A stretch of 64,000 bases of DNA, taken from NCBI RefSeq assembly GCF_009914755.1, contig NC_060925.1; one strand, given 5' to 3'. The notes beneath the pieces are model-generated. The model had not been told where the DNA came from. It saw nothing but the letters and a program-made list of their open reading frames with translations, and made no database searches. Shown piece by piece: positions 16,067 through 31,900 of the stretch (positions are counted from its first letter, which is position 1; every line of letters begins with the position of its first letter). Source of the DNA: the human T2T-CHM13v2.0 reference genome, Homo sapiens. The translations under genes were made by a program, and so were the position numbers.

Positions 16067-16767
16067 TGACGGGATTAACGCACCCTTGATTTTTCGGCTG
16101 TATTTTCTCCTTACCATGGAAGGAATTTGGATAGCTGCAGTCTAGTCGTGTGGGAGGCCAAGCCTGGGATGAGGAGCTTCCAGAGTTTAGAGCTAACGAG
16201 TGGGGGTTACAGGGCAGTGGGTTTCAGTTGTCTAAGGAAGAACTTTCTAACAAGTAGTATTGTTAAGCTGGACGGGCTGCCTTGTGAAGTGATGTGCTTT
16301 CTGTCACTTAAAGTATTGATGCTGGGAAGAGATGATGGGGAGGTTGTAAAGACAACTTCTGTGGTGGGTGGGAGGTGGGGCTGGAGGACCCTTCGGAATC
16401 TGAGAGTCTATTATTCTACATCTTTTGTTCTTTGTTACCAACTCCTGAGGACAGCACTGGATTTGACTCATCCCTGCATCCCCCGAGCACCTCGTGGGTG
16501 CCGTAAAGGCAGCTGGGTTGATGATGACTGAGTGAAGGAGCGCCTGAGTGGATGAGCCACTGAGTGAATGAACTGGAGTTCATCTTCCACGTGGTCCTCA
16601 GCATCCACTCTAGAAGCCAAAGCCAAGGTTAGGCTTCACTCAGGTCTTCCCATGGGAGCCAGAGTGAGAGATGGGACCCTGGGGAAGGAGGAGGAGAGGG
16701 AGGCTGTTAGGATGGGGGTGGCTGGGTAGCTTATAAAGGGCGTTGTAAATTTATTGAGCACTTAATT

Positions 16768-17192
16768 CAGTGACTCTCAACCTTGGCTGCATATGTAAGT
16801 CACCTGGGAGCTTTTTAAAAGGTGGTAATGTACGTATCTCACCCCTAGAGACCTGGATTTAATTGGTCTGCAGTGCTGAGCATCTGGTTTTTTTAAAGCT
16901 CCCCAGGTGATTCTAATGCACAGCCAAGGTTGAGACCCACTACCTTACTATGTGCCAGGTGCTTTGCATGTTTTCTCATTTAATCTTCACAACAAGCTCA
17001 TGAGTTACGTCACTAGCTCTTGGTGTAGTCCCTGGACCAGCAATCACTTGGGAACTTGTGTTAGAAATGCAAATTTCCAAGCCCCACTCCAGACTTAGGG
17101 AATTGGAGACTCTGAGATGAGGCCCAGCAACCTGTGATTTTGCCACCCCTCCAGGTGATTCTGATGTGTGCTCAGGTTTGAGAACCACTGAG
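16768..17192. mobile_element. Two MER5-type hAT-Charlie MITEs
   Basis: cagtgactctcaaccttggctgca...caggtgattctaatgcacagccaaggttgagacc (16768-16942) and ...caggtgattctgatgtgtgctcaggtttgagaaccactg (17015-17192). Confidence 0.75.
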
Positions 17193-20088
17193 TAAGGTAG
17201 TAGCCACCTATGGGTGAGGTGGGGAGGTTTGGTTACTAGCCCAAGGATGTTATAGTAAGGGACAGTAAGTACAAAGCTGAGACACACCATACTGCTTGTG
17301 GGGAGGTCACTAGGGTCTCTTGATAGCCCTTGGTTGACTCTTTCTCCTCCTCTTCACTTGGTAGCAAAATTTAGCTCCATCTGGAGCTCAGTTGCTCTTG
17401 CCCTGGGGAAGCAAAGGGCAGAACACCCCAGGATTCACTCTAAAACAGTTTTATTAGGTGCTGAAAATAGCTTCTGGCAGATGGTGTGTGTAGAATGGAG
17501 GACTGGAGTAGAGCTGCACCTGACATTTACAAAGTTGTGTGTGTTTGTGCAAGCACATGTACATGCATGTGTGAACACAGCCCCTGTATTTGCATGTGTG
17601 CATGGTAGGGTCAGAGAGGTTGAGGAATTGGGGCAGAGGCATAAAAGAGCAATGGAACAGGATGGGTGATTCTAATCTACCCAAGATTAAAGAAGAGAAG
17701 AGCTTTAGATTAGGTTTCTCATGGCACTTGGCTGAATCCACTGCCTTCGCTGGGCACGTGGTGGTGGGACAGGTGTTGTTGACTGGTTGAGTGAGCTCTA
17801 ATGTGGCTCTCAGGAGCCAGAGACCCATGGATGATACGGGGGATTGCAGTGAAATTCCAGAAAGCTTGGAGGTTTTGATGGGCTGAAAGCTTGAAGGTTA
17901 AGAGCCGACATAGGAGGCTTTGCTTTGCAAATGAAAACACTGGGAATTCACTTCATTTTCCCTATGTTAAAGGAAATGTCTATATACATAAATCTGGGTT
18001 CCATTTAGGTGTAGAGATGGTGAATGTTCTTCGATCTAAACCTCGCTGGCAGACCCTCAAATTGTTGTGGGTGGCTCTGTTTCCCTTGGCAACTCCCAGC
18101 TGTAGTCTCGAATCCTGCAGCTGTATGATTCCCGCACCCTTTAATGCAGTAGTTCTTGACCTTTCTGGGTTTTGGACCTATTTCAGTATCTTATTAAATC
18201 TAAAGTGCCCTCTCTCCAGAAATGTTACATCTACATGTACACAGAAAAATTTGTCAGCAATTCATGGAAGTCCATCTTTGACCCACTGACTCTAGTGGAG
18301 GGCCCTGAGAAAAATGGCCACCTGTCTTCCAGTGATCCTTAATTCAGCCCTTCCCTGAGTCAGGAGACCTGGGTTCTAGTTCCTCCTCCATCACTCACTG
18401 TAAAATGAATAGAGGTAATGGTATTTGAGCCATTAGAAGGTAGGGGCCTAAACCAGATGTCTCCTTGAGGCTGGCTTCAGCTGAGAGAGCTTGGATTTTA
18501 CCGATCAATGGTCTTAGAGCTTTGGAATGGTGAAGCACACACTCAGCTGTGGCTCCTCTGCCTAGCTCAGTGCCACCCCCATGCATCCTGGGACCACCCT
18601 GTGGGCTCTTGCTCCTGCCTGCCACACACGCAGCTCCTATAATCCCCAGTGGCGTAAGCGATGCCATCTCTTCTTTATCCTCTGTAGTTAGCCCCTGATT
18701 GTTTCTGTTGAGTGTTACACACCCCTGAGAGGAGTACACACCATCCACATGCTTGTTCTTTATGTAGAAGGTAGTGCGGTAACTGAACAGGGCATGGGAA
18801 TTCGGAGTGAGAGGACCTGGGTTCTAACTCCAGCTCTAACCTTATTAGTCGTGTGACCTTCGTAAGTTATTTAAATATTTCAAGCCTCAGTCTCTTTACC
18901 TATAAAAATGAGGATGATAATATCTGTTGGGCCTAACTTACTGAGCTATTACTAAGAGCAAGTGAGAAGGTCACTATCAATGAACTTAGCCATCCTCCAA
19001 AATAGACCACACATGATCCTTTTCACATAGGTTGAGTCTGGGTCTTTCTTCCTTCCTTGCAGGCTGGCAGCCTGGCCCTTTTGATTCATAAGGGTGGCAA
19101 CTAAAAGTTGAGGAATAGCTCCTTAGCGTTCTCCCAACCTACTAGTGTTCTGTCATGAAGGAAGTTGCCATTTTCAAACAATGGCTCTTTCAGAGCTCTG
19201 AGACATCCAGAAGCAACACAAACCAGGTCTCTTTAAGTGTGCAGTGGCACTGAAGGTGGGAGTAGGAAACTATGGTGACTGGAAATTTCTACAACCAGGC
19301 GGAGGGTTCTTTGGCTGGGGGCTGTAGATAAAGGAACTGAGGGAAACACAAAGGTTTGGAGTATGTGGTGGAGGTGGAGGGTGGGGGTACTGATTCATGT
19401 CTGTAACAGGGCCACGGAAGGTCAATAAGAGGCAGAAGCAGCATTTGGATGAGGATAAAGGAGAATGGCTTGGGAGGACATTGTGTATGAGAATGACATG
19501 GCCCACTTGGCTAGAAGGAGACCATGGAGACCATGTTTTCTCATCGATGCTGTAAAATAGGCATGCAGATTAGGAAGCAGTGAGGGGCGACTCCTGCCAT
19601 CTAGGCACTTGCTTGGTGCAGGGCTGAGCTCAGCGTTAAGCCTCTGATGAGTTCCTGACTTGCCCAGCTGACATCTAAGCTCAAAAGCAAAGAAAGCCCA
19701 TGGACAAAAGCTGTTCTGGACTTAATTCTGACCAACAAAAGAGAACTGATTGTTGAGGGGAGTGATCAGAGCCTCCAGAGGAAGCCACTACAGAATTTTA
19801 GAGTTGATAGGATCCAGGGAATGAAAAGGTGAGAATACAAAGTCAGACTTCTACAAAGCATGCTTCAAAACTTCAGAGAAAGGAATCATCAGCTGTGGTT
19901 CTCAAGAGAATATAGTTCAAGAGGTTTTAAAACTGAAGTCCTGACAATAAAGTCACAAATTATCCTGAGTTAAAAAAAAAAAAGAGGGCAGCCTCTAAAA
20001 ATAAAAGTGGCTGCACAGGGAGCTCTCCAGTGCACACAGATCTTAGAAGTCCTTCTGCTCTCCAAAAACTTTTGACATACTTTGAAAG

Positions 20089-20403
20089 TATATATATATA
20101 TATATATATTTTTAAATTTTGAGACAGAGTCTTGCTCTATCACCCAGGCTGGAGTGCAGTGGCTCAATCTCAGCTCACTGCAACCTCCACCTCCACAAGT
20201 TCAAGTGATTCTCCTACCTCAGTCTCCCATGTAGCTGGGATTACAGGCACCTGCCACCAAGCCCAGCTAATTTTTGTATTTTAGTAGAGATGAGGTTTTG
20301 TCTTGTTGGCCAGGCTGGTCTCGAACTCCTGACCTCAGGTGATCTGCCTGCCTCAGCCTCCAAAAGTGCTGGGATTATAGGCGTGAGCCACTGCACCGTG
20401 CCG
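20089..20403 (-). mobile_element. AluS-like SINE with (TA)n at the tail
   Basis: Dimer; TSD gaaag(t/c)atata. Confidence 0.92.
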
Positions 20404-21269
20404 AAAGCATATAAATTTGAATACGATAGGGTAGAGGGGTGAAAACAGGGCCTTTGGAATCAGACAGCATTTGAATTCTGGGTCTGCCTCCTACTAGCTG
20501 TGCAACCTTGGATGGATGAATCATTTAACTTTTCTGAGCTCTAATATCTAAATCTGTAAAATGGGGATGATTGTACCCACTTGATAAGGTAACTGTGAAT
20601 GAAATGAAATGGCACCTGTGAAATTCCTACTACAGTGCCTTGCATGTAGTAAGTGCTTCATCAATATTAGCATTATTGCCATTCTACAAAATATAGGAGA
20701 TGTTCTTAAACAAAGGGTAACTGCAAAAGAATAGTGCAAATGGGTAAGAATATACTGGATGGGTTAAAGGACAGGTTGCTCTGACACTTGTGAAACCTGT
20801 GAAGAACACACAAGAGTTCTTTGGGTAAAATCATCAAGAAGGAAGGCAGACGTCATGCCTGGACCTGTCAAAGTGTTGTTGATGCTGATGGAAGAGCAGG
20901 ATAGTGACTTGCCTGTGTCACTGTTATCTCCCTTGGAATGATGTGCTTCAACAACAAACACAATTAAGATGGAGTTGAAGGCCAATCAAGATCATTCCTC
21001 ACCACCTTAAGTGAGTGTCATTCTCACTGCAGGGCACTGATGGAGCTTACAAATGTGATGGCGGAGGCTTGATCTACATGAACTACTTTGCATAAGTACT
21101 TTGAAGAATCATGGGGAAACGGAGAGGAGTCAGAAGACTGCAAAAGAGCAAATGTGGCTTCAATTTTCAAAAACAGGATAAAGGATAGATTTAGAAAGTA
21201 CAAAGGTGCATTTAGTGTCCATCCTGGCAAAATTCTAGAGGAAATTATTTAACCGAGGTGACAATCCTG

Positions 21270-21880
21270 GTAGCCTCTTATCTGGCCTCTTCACTTCTGC
21301 ACTTGCCCACCCCAGACTCCCATGCTCTGTTCTCAGTCTAGCGACCAGAGGGTTCCCTTTAAGTCAAATCATGCCATGTCTGCTCAGAACTCTCCAGGGG
21401 CTCCCCTTCTTACTGAAAGGAAAAGCCAGTCCTTCCAGTGGTCTACAGGGCCCAACACCACCACCTGCTGCTTCTCTGACAGCAGGTCTCATGGGTATTT
21501 TTCCTCCACCCCCTCTTGCTCGGGGCACGCTAGCCTCCTTGCTCTTGGCCTTCACCCTTGCCATTCTCTCTGCCTGGATCACTCTTCCTCCAGACAACTG
21601 CTTAGTTCACTCCCCCATGTCTTTGCTGAAATGTTACCTTCTCAGTGAGGCCTTTTATGGCCACCCTATCAAGGCCCCACTTATCTTTCTTGACATTTTT
21701 TTCTCCTTAATACTCATCCCCATTCAACATATTACATATTTTTACTTACTTCTCCTGTTCATTAGCTTTCTCCCCTTACTAAAATGCAAGGTCTCCAGCC
21801 TCTGGGACTTTTGTTTGTATCCTTAGTTCATAGAACAGCACCTGTCGCATGGTCCTCTTTACTAAATATTTGTTGATTGC
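21270..21880 (+). mobile_element. L2 3' fragment inserted in the CR1 fossil
   Basis: aagtcaaatcatgcc, ttgctgaaatgttaccttctcagtgaggcc, aaatatttgttgatt are L2 motifs. Confidence 0.7.
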
Positions 21881-22467
21881 AAGGGAGGGAGGAAGATGGC
21901 TTGGGTAGACTTAGAGTTCACTAGACAAGGTGACCAACCATCCCAGTTTCCCCAGGACAGAGAGAGTTCCTGAAACATGGGACTTTCAATGCTAAGATCA
22001 GGAGAATCCCAACTGGTCCCCTACACTAGACCAGCCGTTCTTCTCTACTTCTGTGATACGGTGATTAGACTGATGGTTCCCAGGAATGCTACACACTCAT
22101 TACATCCTCATCTCAGCTCAGCCTCTCACAAAGTCTGTCTTGATAACCCTACAGATGAGATGCAGAAATACAGGCTGCAAGATAGTGTATTTGGGTGGTT
22201 TGTAGCTAGCTGAGCGGCCACACCAGACATGTTGATGAATGGACCCATGGCAGGCTGGCGGGAAGGCTGCAGTGGTGAGCCACAGAACTGTCTCTGGGCC
22301 CAGTTCTGCTCTGTGACCTATCTGAGCCATGCATGCGGACACAGAAGGCAGGATTGAATTTGCTAGTGCACTAGGGAGGGAAAACTAATACACTCAACAA
22401 ATTGGGTTAGGTTTTGAAATCATTTCAATAGAAAAAAATGATAAGCCATCAGCTTAAACAGAAGTAA

Positions 22468-22783
<316 letters not shown>

Positions 22784-24344
22784 GTAAGTATTATTTCCTA
22801 TTTAGGATTAAAAGAAAAAAAAGCAATCTGAAATGTACAGAAGACACCAGGCTTAATAGCTGTTTTGTTTTAAACCCAGTACATTTAGTTGCCCACATGC
22901 CTGGTCTAGTGTTGAAGCTAAGACTTCAGATGTTACCTGTTAGGCTGTGTTAATGGACACATAGAGCCAGAGGAGGGCAGGGGATAGTCCCACTGTCCTT
23001 CCTCCTGCTCGAAACACACCAGAGCCACATGTCCAGCTCTGTACCAGGGGAGGGGCTGCTCATGTTCAGCTGCTCCATTTCTGGCTATTCCAGGACACAG
23101 CAACCCACCGAGTGCCTTGTCCTCACTCTCTCCAACTGGGGAGTGCCCCTGCGGTGTCATCTCTCTTTACAGAAGAGATGCCATGAGCTACTTTCCTTTC
23201 CCCACCTCACCTAACTTCTCTGCTGTAGCCTAACAGTCCAGGACCTGGGGATTCAGGTGAGACACAGATTAAGTCCCCATAACTGACATTTTCTTCTGAG
23301 AAGAAAGCATTCACATTCAAGGACTTGAGCAGCTCTGAGCCCCATGGCAGCTGAGATGCCACAGTGCGTCAAGTACAGGCACATGGCATCTGGGAGGCAG
23401 AGCTACATCCTCTGGGTTGGATGATTTCTGCCTTTCCCCAGGGGTTCACAGCTTGCAATCATTCTGTAACTGAGGAGTCTGGTGGAAATGGGGGTAGCAA
23501 AGAGATCAGAGCAGGCAAATGGTCCTCTGGGGCTGGGAACACTCCCTCTTTCTACCTTCCAACTGCAGGCACATGTACGTGTCTTTTCAGCCTGAGGGAT
23601 CTAAAGCCTTGGGACTTCTGGATCTGCAAGTGGTCCCTGTTTTGGTAGCTATTGACTGACGAGGGGCTCTTCGGTAAGTTCTGGGGTGGCAGTGGAGGTG
23701 ATGATGGGAGGGTGTTACAGGGCTCCACAGGCTCTTACAGGGCTCGGGAGCTTATTTAAGGGAACACCTTGATTGTCCATGTGTCGTGGGCCAGAGAAGA
23801 AAGGCAGCACTGTGGATCTTCTGGGAGGAAAGGAGAGGCGTCGATTTCTGACTCCAGTTTTCTATGATCAGCACAGACTCTGTCCCACCTCCTCCCTACA
23901 GAGCTTCTGGATCCTGGAGGATGGAGAATAGGCTAAATTGCACAGGCCAGCTCCAGTCCATTGGCAGGGCTGCCTAGAACATGGCTGTGATGATCCCAAA
24001 GCTCAATAGCAGAGAACCCTGTGGGGTGCTAGGAGTGTCTGCCAGGGTGCCGCAGGGAAAGGGGAGCATGTGTGTAGATGTAGAAAGCATCTCTGCCATC
24101 CCCTCCCCTAAAGAATATATAACATGGCCATGCAGAAAAACACTTGTGAAAGGAGCTGCTGCCCTCAGGACAGCGTGTCATTGAAATGGGGGCTGAGCAA
24201 CCCGTCAGAAGAGTGGGGAGGAGGGACCATCCTCCAGCCCCTTCCCAGCTCTCTTCTGGAGCCATAAGCCACAACACTGTCTATGAAAAAGCTGAGGCCT
24301 AGAGCAGAAGGAGTGCAAAATCCCAGCTACTGCAGGCCTACGCC

Positions 24345-24500
24345 CAGTGGTTCTCAAAGTGTTGTCCTCAGTCTAGCAGCATCAGTGTCACCTGAAAACT
24401 GGTTAGACATCCAGGTTCTCAGTTGTTATCCAGCTCTAGCAGATGGGAAACGCTGGGGGCGGGACCAGCCATCTGTGTTTAACAAGCCCCACAGGTGACT
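24345..24500. mobile_element. MER5A-like MITE
   Basis: cagtggttctcaaagtg...atctgtgtttaacaagccccacaggtgact. Confidence 0.7.
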
Positions 24501-25614
24501 GCTGTAGCCTTGAGTGAGGACCTCGGCCAAAAAGAAGGCTCCTACCGTGGCTGTTTGCTGATGGTCTTCGCAGAGCCTGCTGTCTTTGAGCTTCCTGAGA
24601 GAGGGACACTACCCTCGCTTAGGTGAGTGCTCCAGGTCCATGGGGCCTGATGCTCTGTCCCTGGTCTGGCTTCCGCCCATGTATACATTTGCACTCTTGA
24701 TGGTGGCTTAGGATCTGCTTCCAACAAGTCTGCCAAATGTGCTCTGTAACACAGGGGGACCCTCCAAATGTGCATTGCTTTCTGTCAGTCTCAGGAAACC
24801 CATTCCCTTCCCAGCCTATCTCAGAAACGGAGAGTGGTGGCTCAGTGGCCTCTGGCTCTGGCACAGCCCCTTGATGGGTCCACAGTGGCCCCTCTGCCCT
24901 TGGCTCTGTTGGCTTCCCAACAGATGTTCCTCTTCACATGTAGTCCTAAGAACTCAATCAGTTTAAAAACAAAAAAACTAAAAAAGCAAACCATGCTCAT
25001 TGCAAATTATACCAAAATGAAATGGACAGATAGAATGCAGTAATTTCCTTATCCCATAGCCCTCCCCTCCCTAAATCCTCTATCACCCCATGCCCTGCTC
25101 CTGCCCTAGTGAGCCAAAGTTCTTGCTGTCTTGATGATTTGCAACTCTCTGCATGACTCTGCCTCTTGGGTTTGTTTAATTAGAAATAGGCTGGGAAGTG
25201 CTTCCTATGCTCTGGCATGTTAATTGCTTATCAGAGAAGGAGAAGGGGTGACGGCATTTGGTGATGGAAATTTCCGCTCTCCCCATCTCAGGTTCGTCTC
25301 CATGGTTCTCTCCCACCCCTCTCCTTGCCTCCTGCGCTCTGCCTCCCTCCCTTCCTCACTCTGGTCGTTGTCACAGCCACAGAGACTCTTGGGGGCCAGA
25401 AGCAGGCCCAGGGGCCAGAATTCAAACCGAAAAGGAAAAACTGTCCCCTCTTTCACTCTATCCCTTTTCTTGTCCCTCTTCTCATATCCCAGCTGGCCCC
25501 CATGCCCATCACCCTCCAGGCTCTGAGGAGAGTCCAGAGCAGAGCTCCTTAACCACACTCAATACTCAGAGGATTATTTTCCTTTCGTTCCTTTCCCCCG
25601 TATTATTGTTATTA

Positions 25615-25626
25615 TTTATTTTTATT
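25615..25626 (-). terminator. Tandem AATAAA polyadenylation signals of LRRN2
   Basis: Plus strand tttatt-tttatt = AATAAAAATAAA on minus, ~630 nt past the stop codon. A GU-rich element (GTATTGAGTGTGGTT) lies downstream near 25550-25565. Confidence 0.85.
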
Positions 25627-26254
25627 TTTTACAAAACAGGAGAAAAGAGTGAATCGGGTTGGGGGAGGTGACACATTTCTCCACAAAGGTACAAAATTGC
25701 CTATAGAAAGTCAGCTTCGGAATGCCGAGCCCAGGCTGCTGAGATGAGGCGTTCCTGGGCATCCCTCTCCCAAATGTCCTTCAGATCTGGCTGGGGTCAC
25801 TCCCACATTGAGGGCAGCCCCCCGAGGTGAGATGGAGTGGCCTCCTTCAGCCCTTGCCCAGGAGGCACAAGAGCAAGCAACTGAGACTGTACAGAGAAAG
25901 AGAAGAGGAAGGGGTGCAGCCCGGGGACACAGGTAGGGGACAGCCAAGCCAGGCCCAGGAGCCTCTGGGCAGAGAGAAGATGGGGAGGCAGGAGGCTCTA
26001 GCCAAAGTCCCTCCTGTTCCTTGGAGATGTTCCTCAGAATGGCAGCAGAGGTGACCCTAGGAGGTAAGGGCAACTTTTTCGAGGCTGCAGAAGCACCCCC
26101 AGGGCCACAAAGCCCCATCTGTCTTGGCCCAGCTGCCAGGCCTCAAGCACGTGGGTCCATGTCCCTTTCCTGGCAGGGCATCTGGCCCAGACTGCTTCTC
26201 TTTTGGTAAAAAGTAGTCCTAGTGATTTCTCTACTGCTGAGAACAGGCTGAGCT

Positions 26255-28471
<2,217 letters not shown>

Positions 28472-28622
28472 TCAGCAACCCTGCCAGGGCCCAAGGAACC
28501 ACCCTCCCAGGGCAGTCATTCTACACCGGGCGTCACTTCTTGCCCTCCTCAATATGCCTTCTCTTCCTTGTCCTCTGGGGCTGGGCCTGCTCAGTCATTG
28601 CCAGGCCCCATCAGGGGCAGCC

Positions 28623-28650
28623 CTGGAAGAAGAGGATGCAGAGTTAAGGA
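28623..28650 (-). promoter_or_regulatory. 3' splice acceptor with branch point and polypyrimidine tract
   Basis: Minus strand reads TCCTTAAC TCTGCATCCTCTTCTTC CAG|GGG. Confidence 0.85.
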
Positions 28651-28684
28651 GGTTGCAGAGAAGCAGTATCTACCCCTCCTCCCG

Positions 28685-28977
28685 TGTTTGTTTGTTTGAG
28701 ACAGAGTCTCATTCTGTCACCCAGGCTGGAGTGCAGCGGTGCACTCAGCTGACTGCATCCTCCGCCTCCTGGATTCAAGCGATTCTCCTGGCTCAGCCAC
28801 CTGAGTAGCTGGGATTACAGGCACCTGCCACCACTCCTGGCTAATTTTTGTATTTTTAGTAGAGATGGGGGTTTCTCCATGTTGGCCAGGCTGGTCTCGA
28901 ACTCCTGACCTCAAGTGATCTGCTCACCTCGGTCTCCCAAAATGCTGGGATTACAGGTGTGAGTCACCGTGCCTGGC
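28685..28977 (-). mobile_element. AluS-like SINE, ~60 nt upstream of the LRRN2 acceptor
   Basis: Dimer with TSD cctccc(g/a)tgttt; sense to LRRN2. Confidence 0.92.
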
Positions 28978-31900
28978 CCCTCCCATGTTTTTTGACTCAA
29001 CAAGCCAAAGGAGCTGCAGAGGTAATGGCCAGGCCTGTCCTTAAGGCTTTAGTGTCCTTTTCTATGACCTGCTCACAGAGTGAGTGACTGTGAGTCTTCA
29101 GTGAAGGAGAGGAAGGTGTATGTGTGTGTATGTGTGTGTGTACATGCACATGTGTGTTTGGGAGGGAAGGAGAGTGGATGGGCTGAAATTATTGTTATCT
29201 TCAGAGTCCTTCTGAGCCCAGAGAGATGTGAGGTAGGTTCTCTAACCTTTCTTACCTCTTTCCTCCCAGCCTCCTTGGCTCACTGGGTAAATGGAAGATA
29301 AAATGATAAGTTTCCAGAAGTTCCTCTGGCAGTGTAGGTGGGAGGTGGGTGAGGGTTGGTGGAAATAAGTACAGCTTCTAAAATCTGGGATGGGCTCCCC
29401 AGGACCCTAGAGGTGAAAGGCAGCAGACCTGACACATCCAGGCAGGCTGGGGTGTTCTGCTGCCCAGGATCTTCTGGGTGGGGATATTGCTTTGGTGTTT
29501 GCCAACTTCCCCACCCTGGAGGCAGGAGTGTTTCTCCTTTCCCAACAGCCTGGCAGTGTTGCCCAGGAGGAGGCAGTGGAGTTAAGAAGCCTGGGTCTGA
29601 GCTCCTCAGCTGTGCAGGTAAGACCTTCTGTGACCTGGCCCGGCCCCTTCACCTGGCTTCTCTTGTCACCACCCCACTTACCCGCTGCACACAAACCTTT
29701 TGGGTTGAGGTTACCGTGACATGCCACCCCTTCTGATGTCTCCTCCTCATTGTCTTCCAGACAACTCCTACTTGTTCTTCAACGCTCAACTTTAAGTTCA
29801 GTCACCACCTGCAGAAGTCTTCTCCAAAACCTCCCCACCTGGCTGACTAAGGGGCTGGCTTTATGCTCTTGCAGTACTCATGCTTCCTACTGTCACAGTT
29901 CTGACCACACCGTGGGAAAACGTCTCTAACTAGAGACCTGTCTTGCCTCTTGTGCCTGTAGTACGGGATGGGTGCCCAGTGTGTGTTGATTGTATGAATC
30001 AATCTCTGTGACTCCAGAGTTCCTTTCTTCAGGAGATTAGACATCACCCCTGCAATCAACAATGCAAGCCACTGCTGTTTCCTCCATCCTGAGCATGAGG
30101 AACCTATCCAGTTTCTCTCTCAGATGCCAGGGCCATGAGGCAAGTCCAGCCTTGGCCTAGAACCAAAGATGGAAACAAAAAGGGGCCAGACTGTGTTGCC
30201 TTCTTGAGCCTGGTCTGACTCCTGAGTGGAAGTCTGATTCCAGGTAAGTTTTTAGCTACAAGTGTCAAGGAAATGCACAAACACTTACTGAGCACCTACC
30301 ATTGCTCAGGACTCTTTGAAGACTCTGAATGTCTTTTTTCATATGACTCTCATAACAGGTACATGAGATAAGCACTAATACCTCCAGTTTGCAGATTAAG
30401 AGACTGAGGTCCTGAAGAGGTTAAAGAACTTGGCTCAAGTCACATAGCTGGTGAGCAGCAAGATACAAGAATCAACCCAAGTCCAGGGGGCTGTGTGCCG
30501 TTTACACTTCACATCTGTGCTGCCAGGTCTGTCTGATCTGACCCTGCCCTGGGCCTCTGGAGGGTCTGGGATGCACTGAATGCTGCAGCTGCAGGCCCTG
30601 TGCCTGTTCTCGTCCCCTGGGGTGATGACTCCTTACCAGGCAGCTGCAGAAAGCTTGGAGCTATGTCTCCTGCCACCATCCAGGCAGGTGCCTCTCAGCG
30701 GGCCAGAGGGGCTCTTCACCTCCCTCATCCTGCTTCCAGGATGCTAGGGCTTGGGAGGGGAGCAGCTGGAGGCAGGGTCCCGTTCCCTGAGCAGGAACAC
30801 AGCAAGCCTATTTACATTTGGCTACTTCCCACTTTCCTCTGCAGCTATTTCTGAAGGTGGGAAAAACAACCGCGACTTCAAAGGCACAGAGGTTTTGATA
30901 GGGGTGTGTGTGCACCGACACGTAAAACTCAGTGTGAACAAACACATGTGTACACATGCATGCATGCCTGCATACCTGTGCAAGGGGAACCCAGCTACCC
31001 AAGCCAGTGTATGGGGGTCAGGAAGCAGGGAGGGAATTTTGTGGTGGTCTAGGTGGGTGGAAAGGAAGGAGGGAACAAGCTGAGTCTCCGAGAGGTCCCT
31101 GTTGTGGAACTGGATCTATGGCCAGTAATCCTGCCACACTTACATACCAGAGACCCCTGACTGCCACCTAGACCTGCTGTGAGAGAGCAGACCTACCGGC
31201 AAATAGATCAGGACCCAAATCGCGGCCCTACCACTCACTACCCAAGTACCTGAGGCAAAGCTACTTGACTGCTCTGAGCAACCATTTCCTTCTGTATTAC
31301 ATGAGATTGTCATTGGAGTTAAATGAGTGTGTTGCACACAGAAAGAACTGGACAAATGTTAGCTCTCTTCCAGCTCCAGTCATCCCTCAGGGTCAGGAGG
31401 TTCTCCAGCTATAGGACTTCTTAGGGGACAATAGAAGTTGGCTCCTAGGACTCCTAGGGCTCGATAAGTTAGCAAGTGCCATGCTAGTTGGGGAGGCAGG
31501 TTCAAAAACACGAAACAACTAGGAGAGCCCAAGACATTTCCCAAGTGGAGAGAAGGGTGAGGGCTGGAGGAGGTGGAGAGGGGTCTTCAGCTGGGCCCCA
31601 GCATCTCCCTGACCTTTAGACCCTACCCGAGTCCAGTTTCCCTTCTTCATCAACACTTGGTTCTAAGCGCTGAGTCCGTGCTCAACTGCACTGAGGGGAT
31701 CAAGGAACCATTTAAAACTTCATTGAAACCCTCCAGGCACTTGCCTTTCCCCTTCACCCCAGACTGCTGCCCCTTCCTTCCCTCCCCTGGTTGGGCTGGG
31801 TGGATGAGGCAGAGGTCGTGGCTCCTGGGCCGGGAGCCTGGGGCTGGGCCTCGGGATCCAGAGGCAGTGACTTGATGACTCATGTTCACACTGCACCTCT

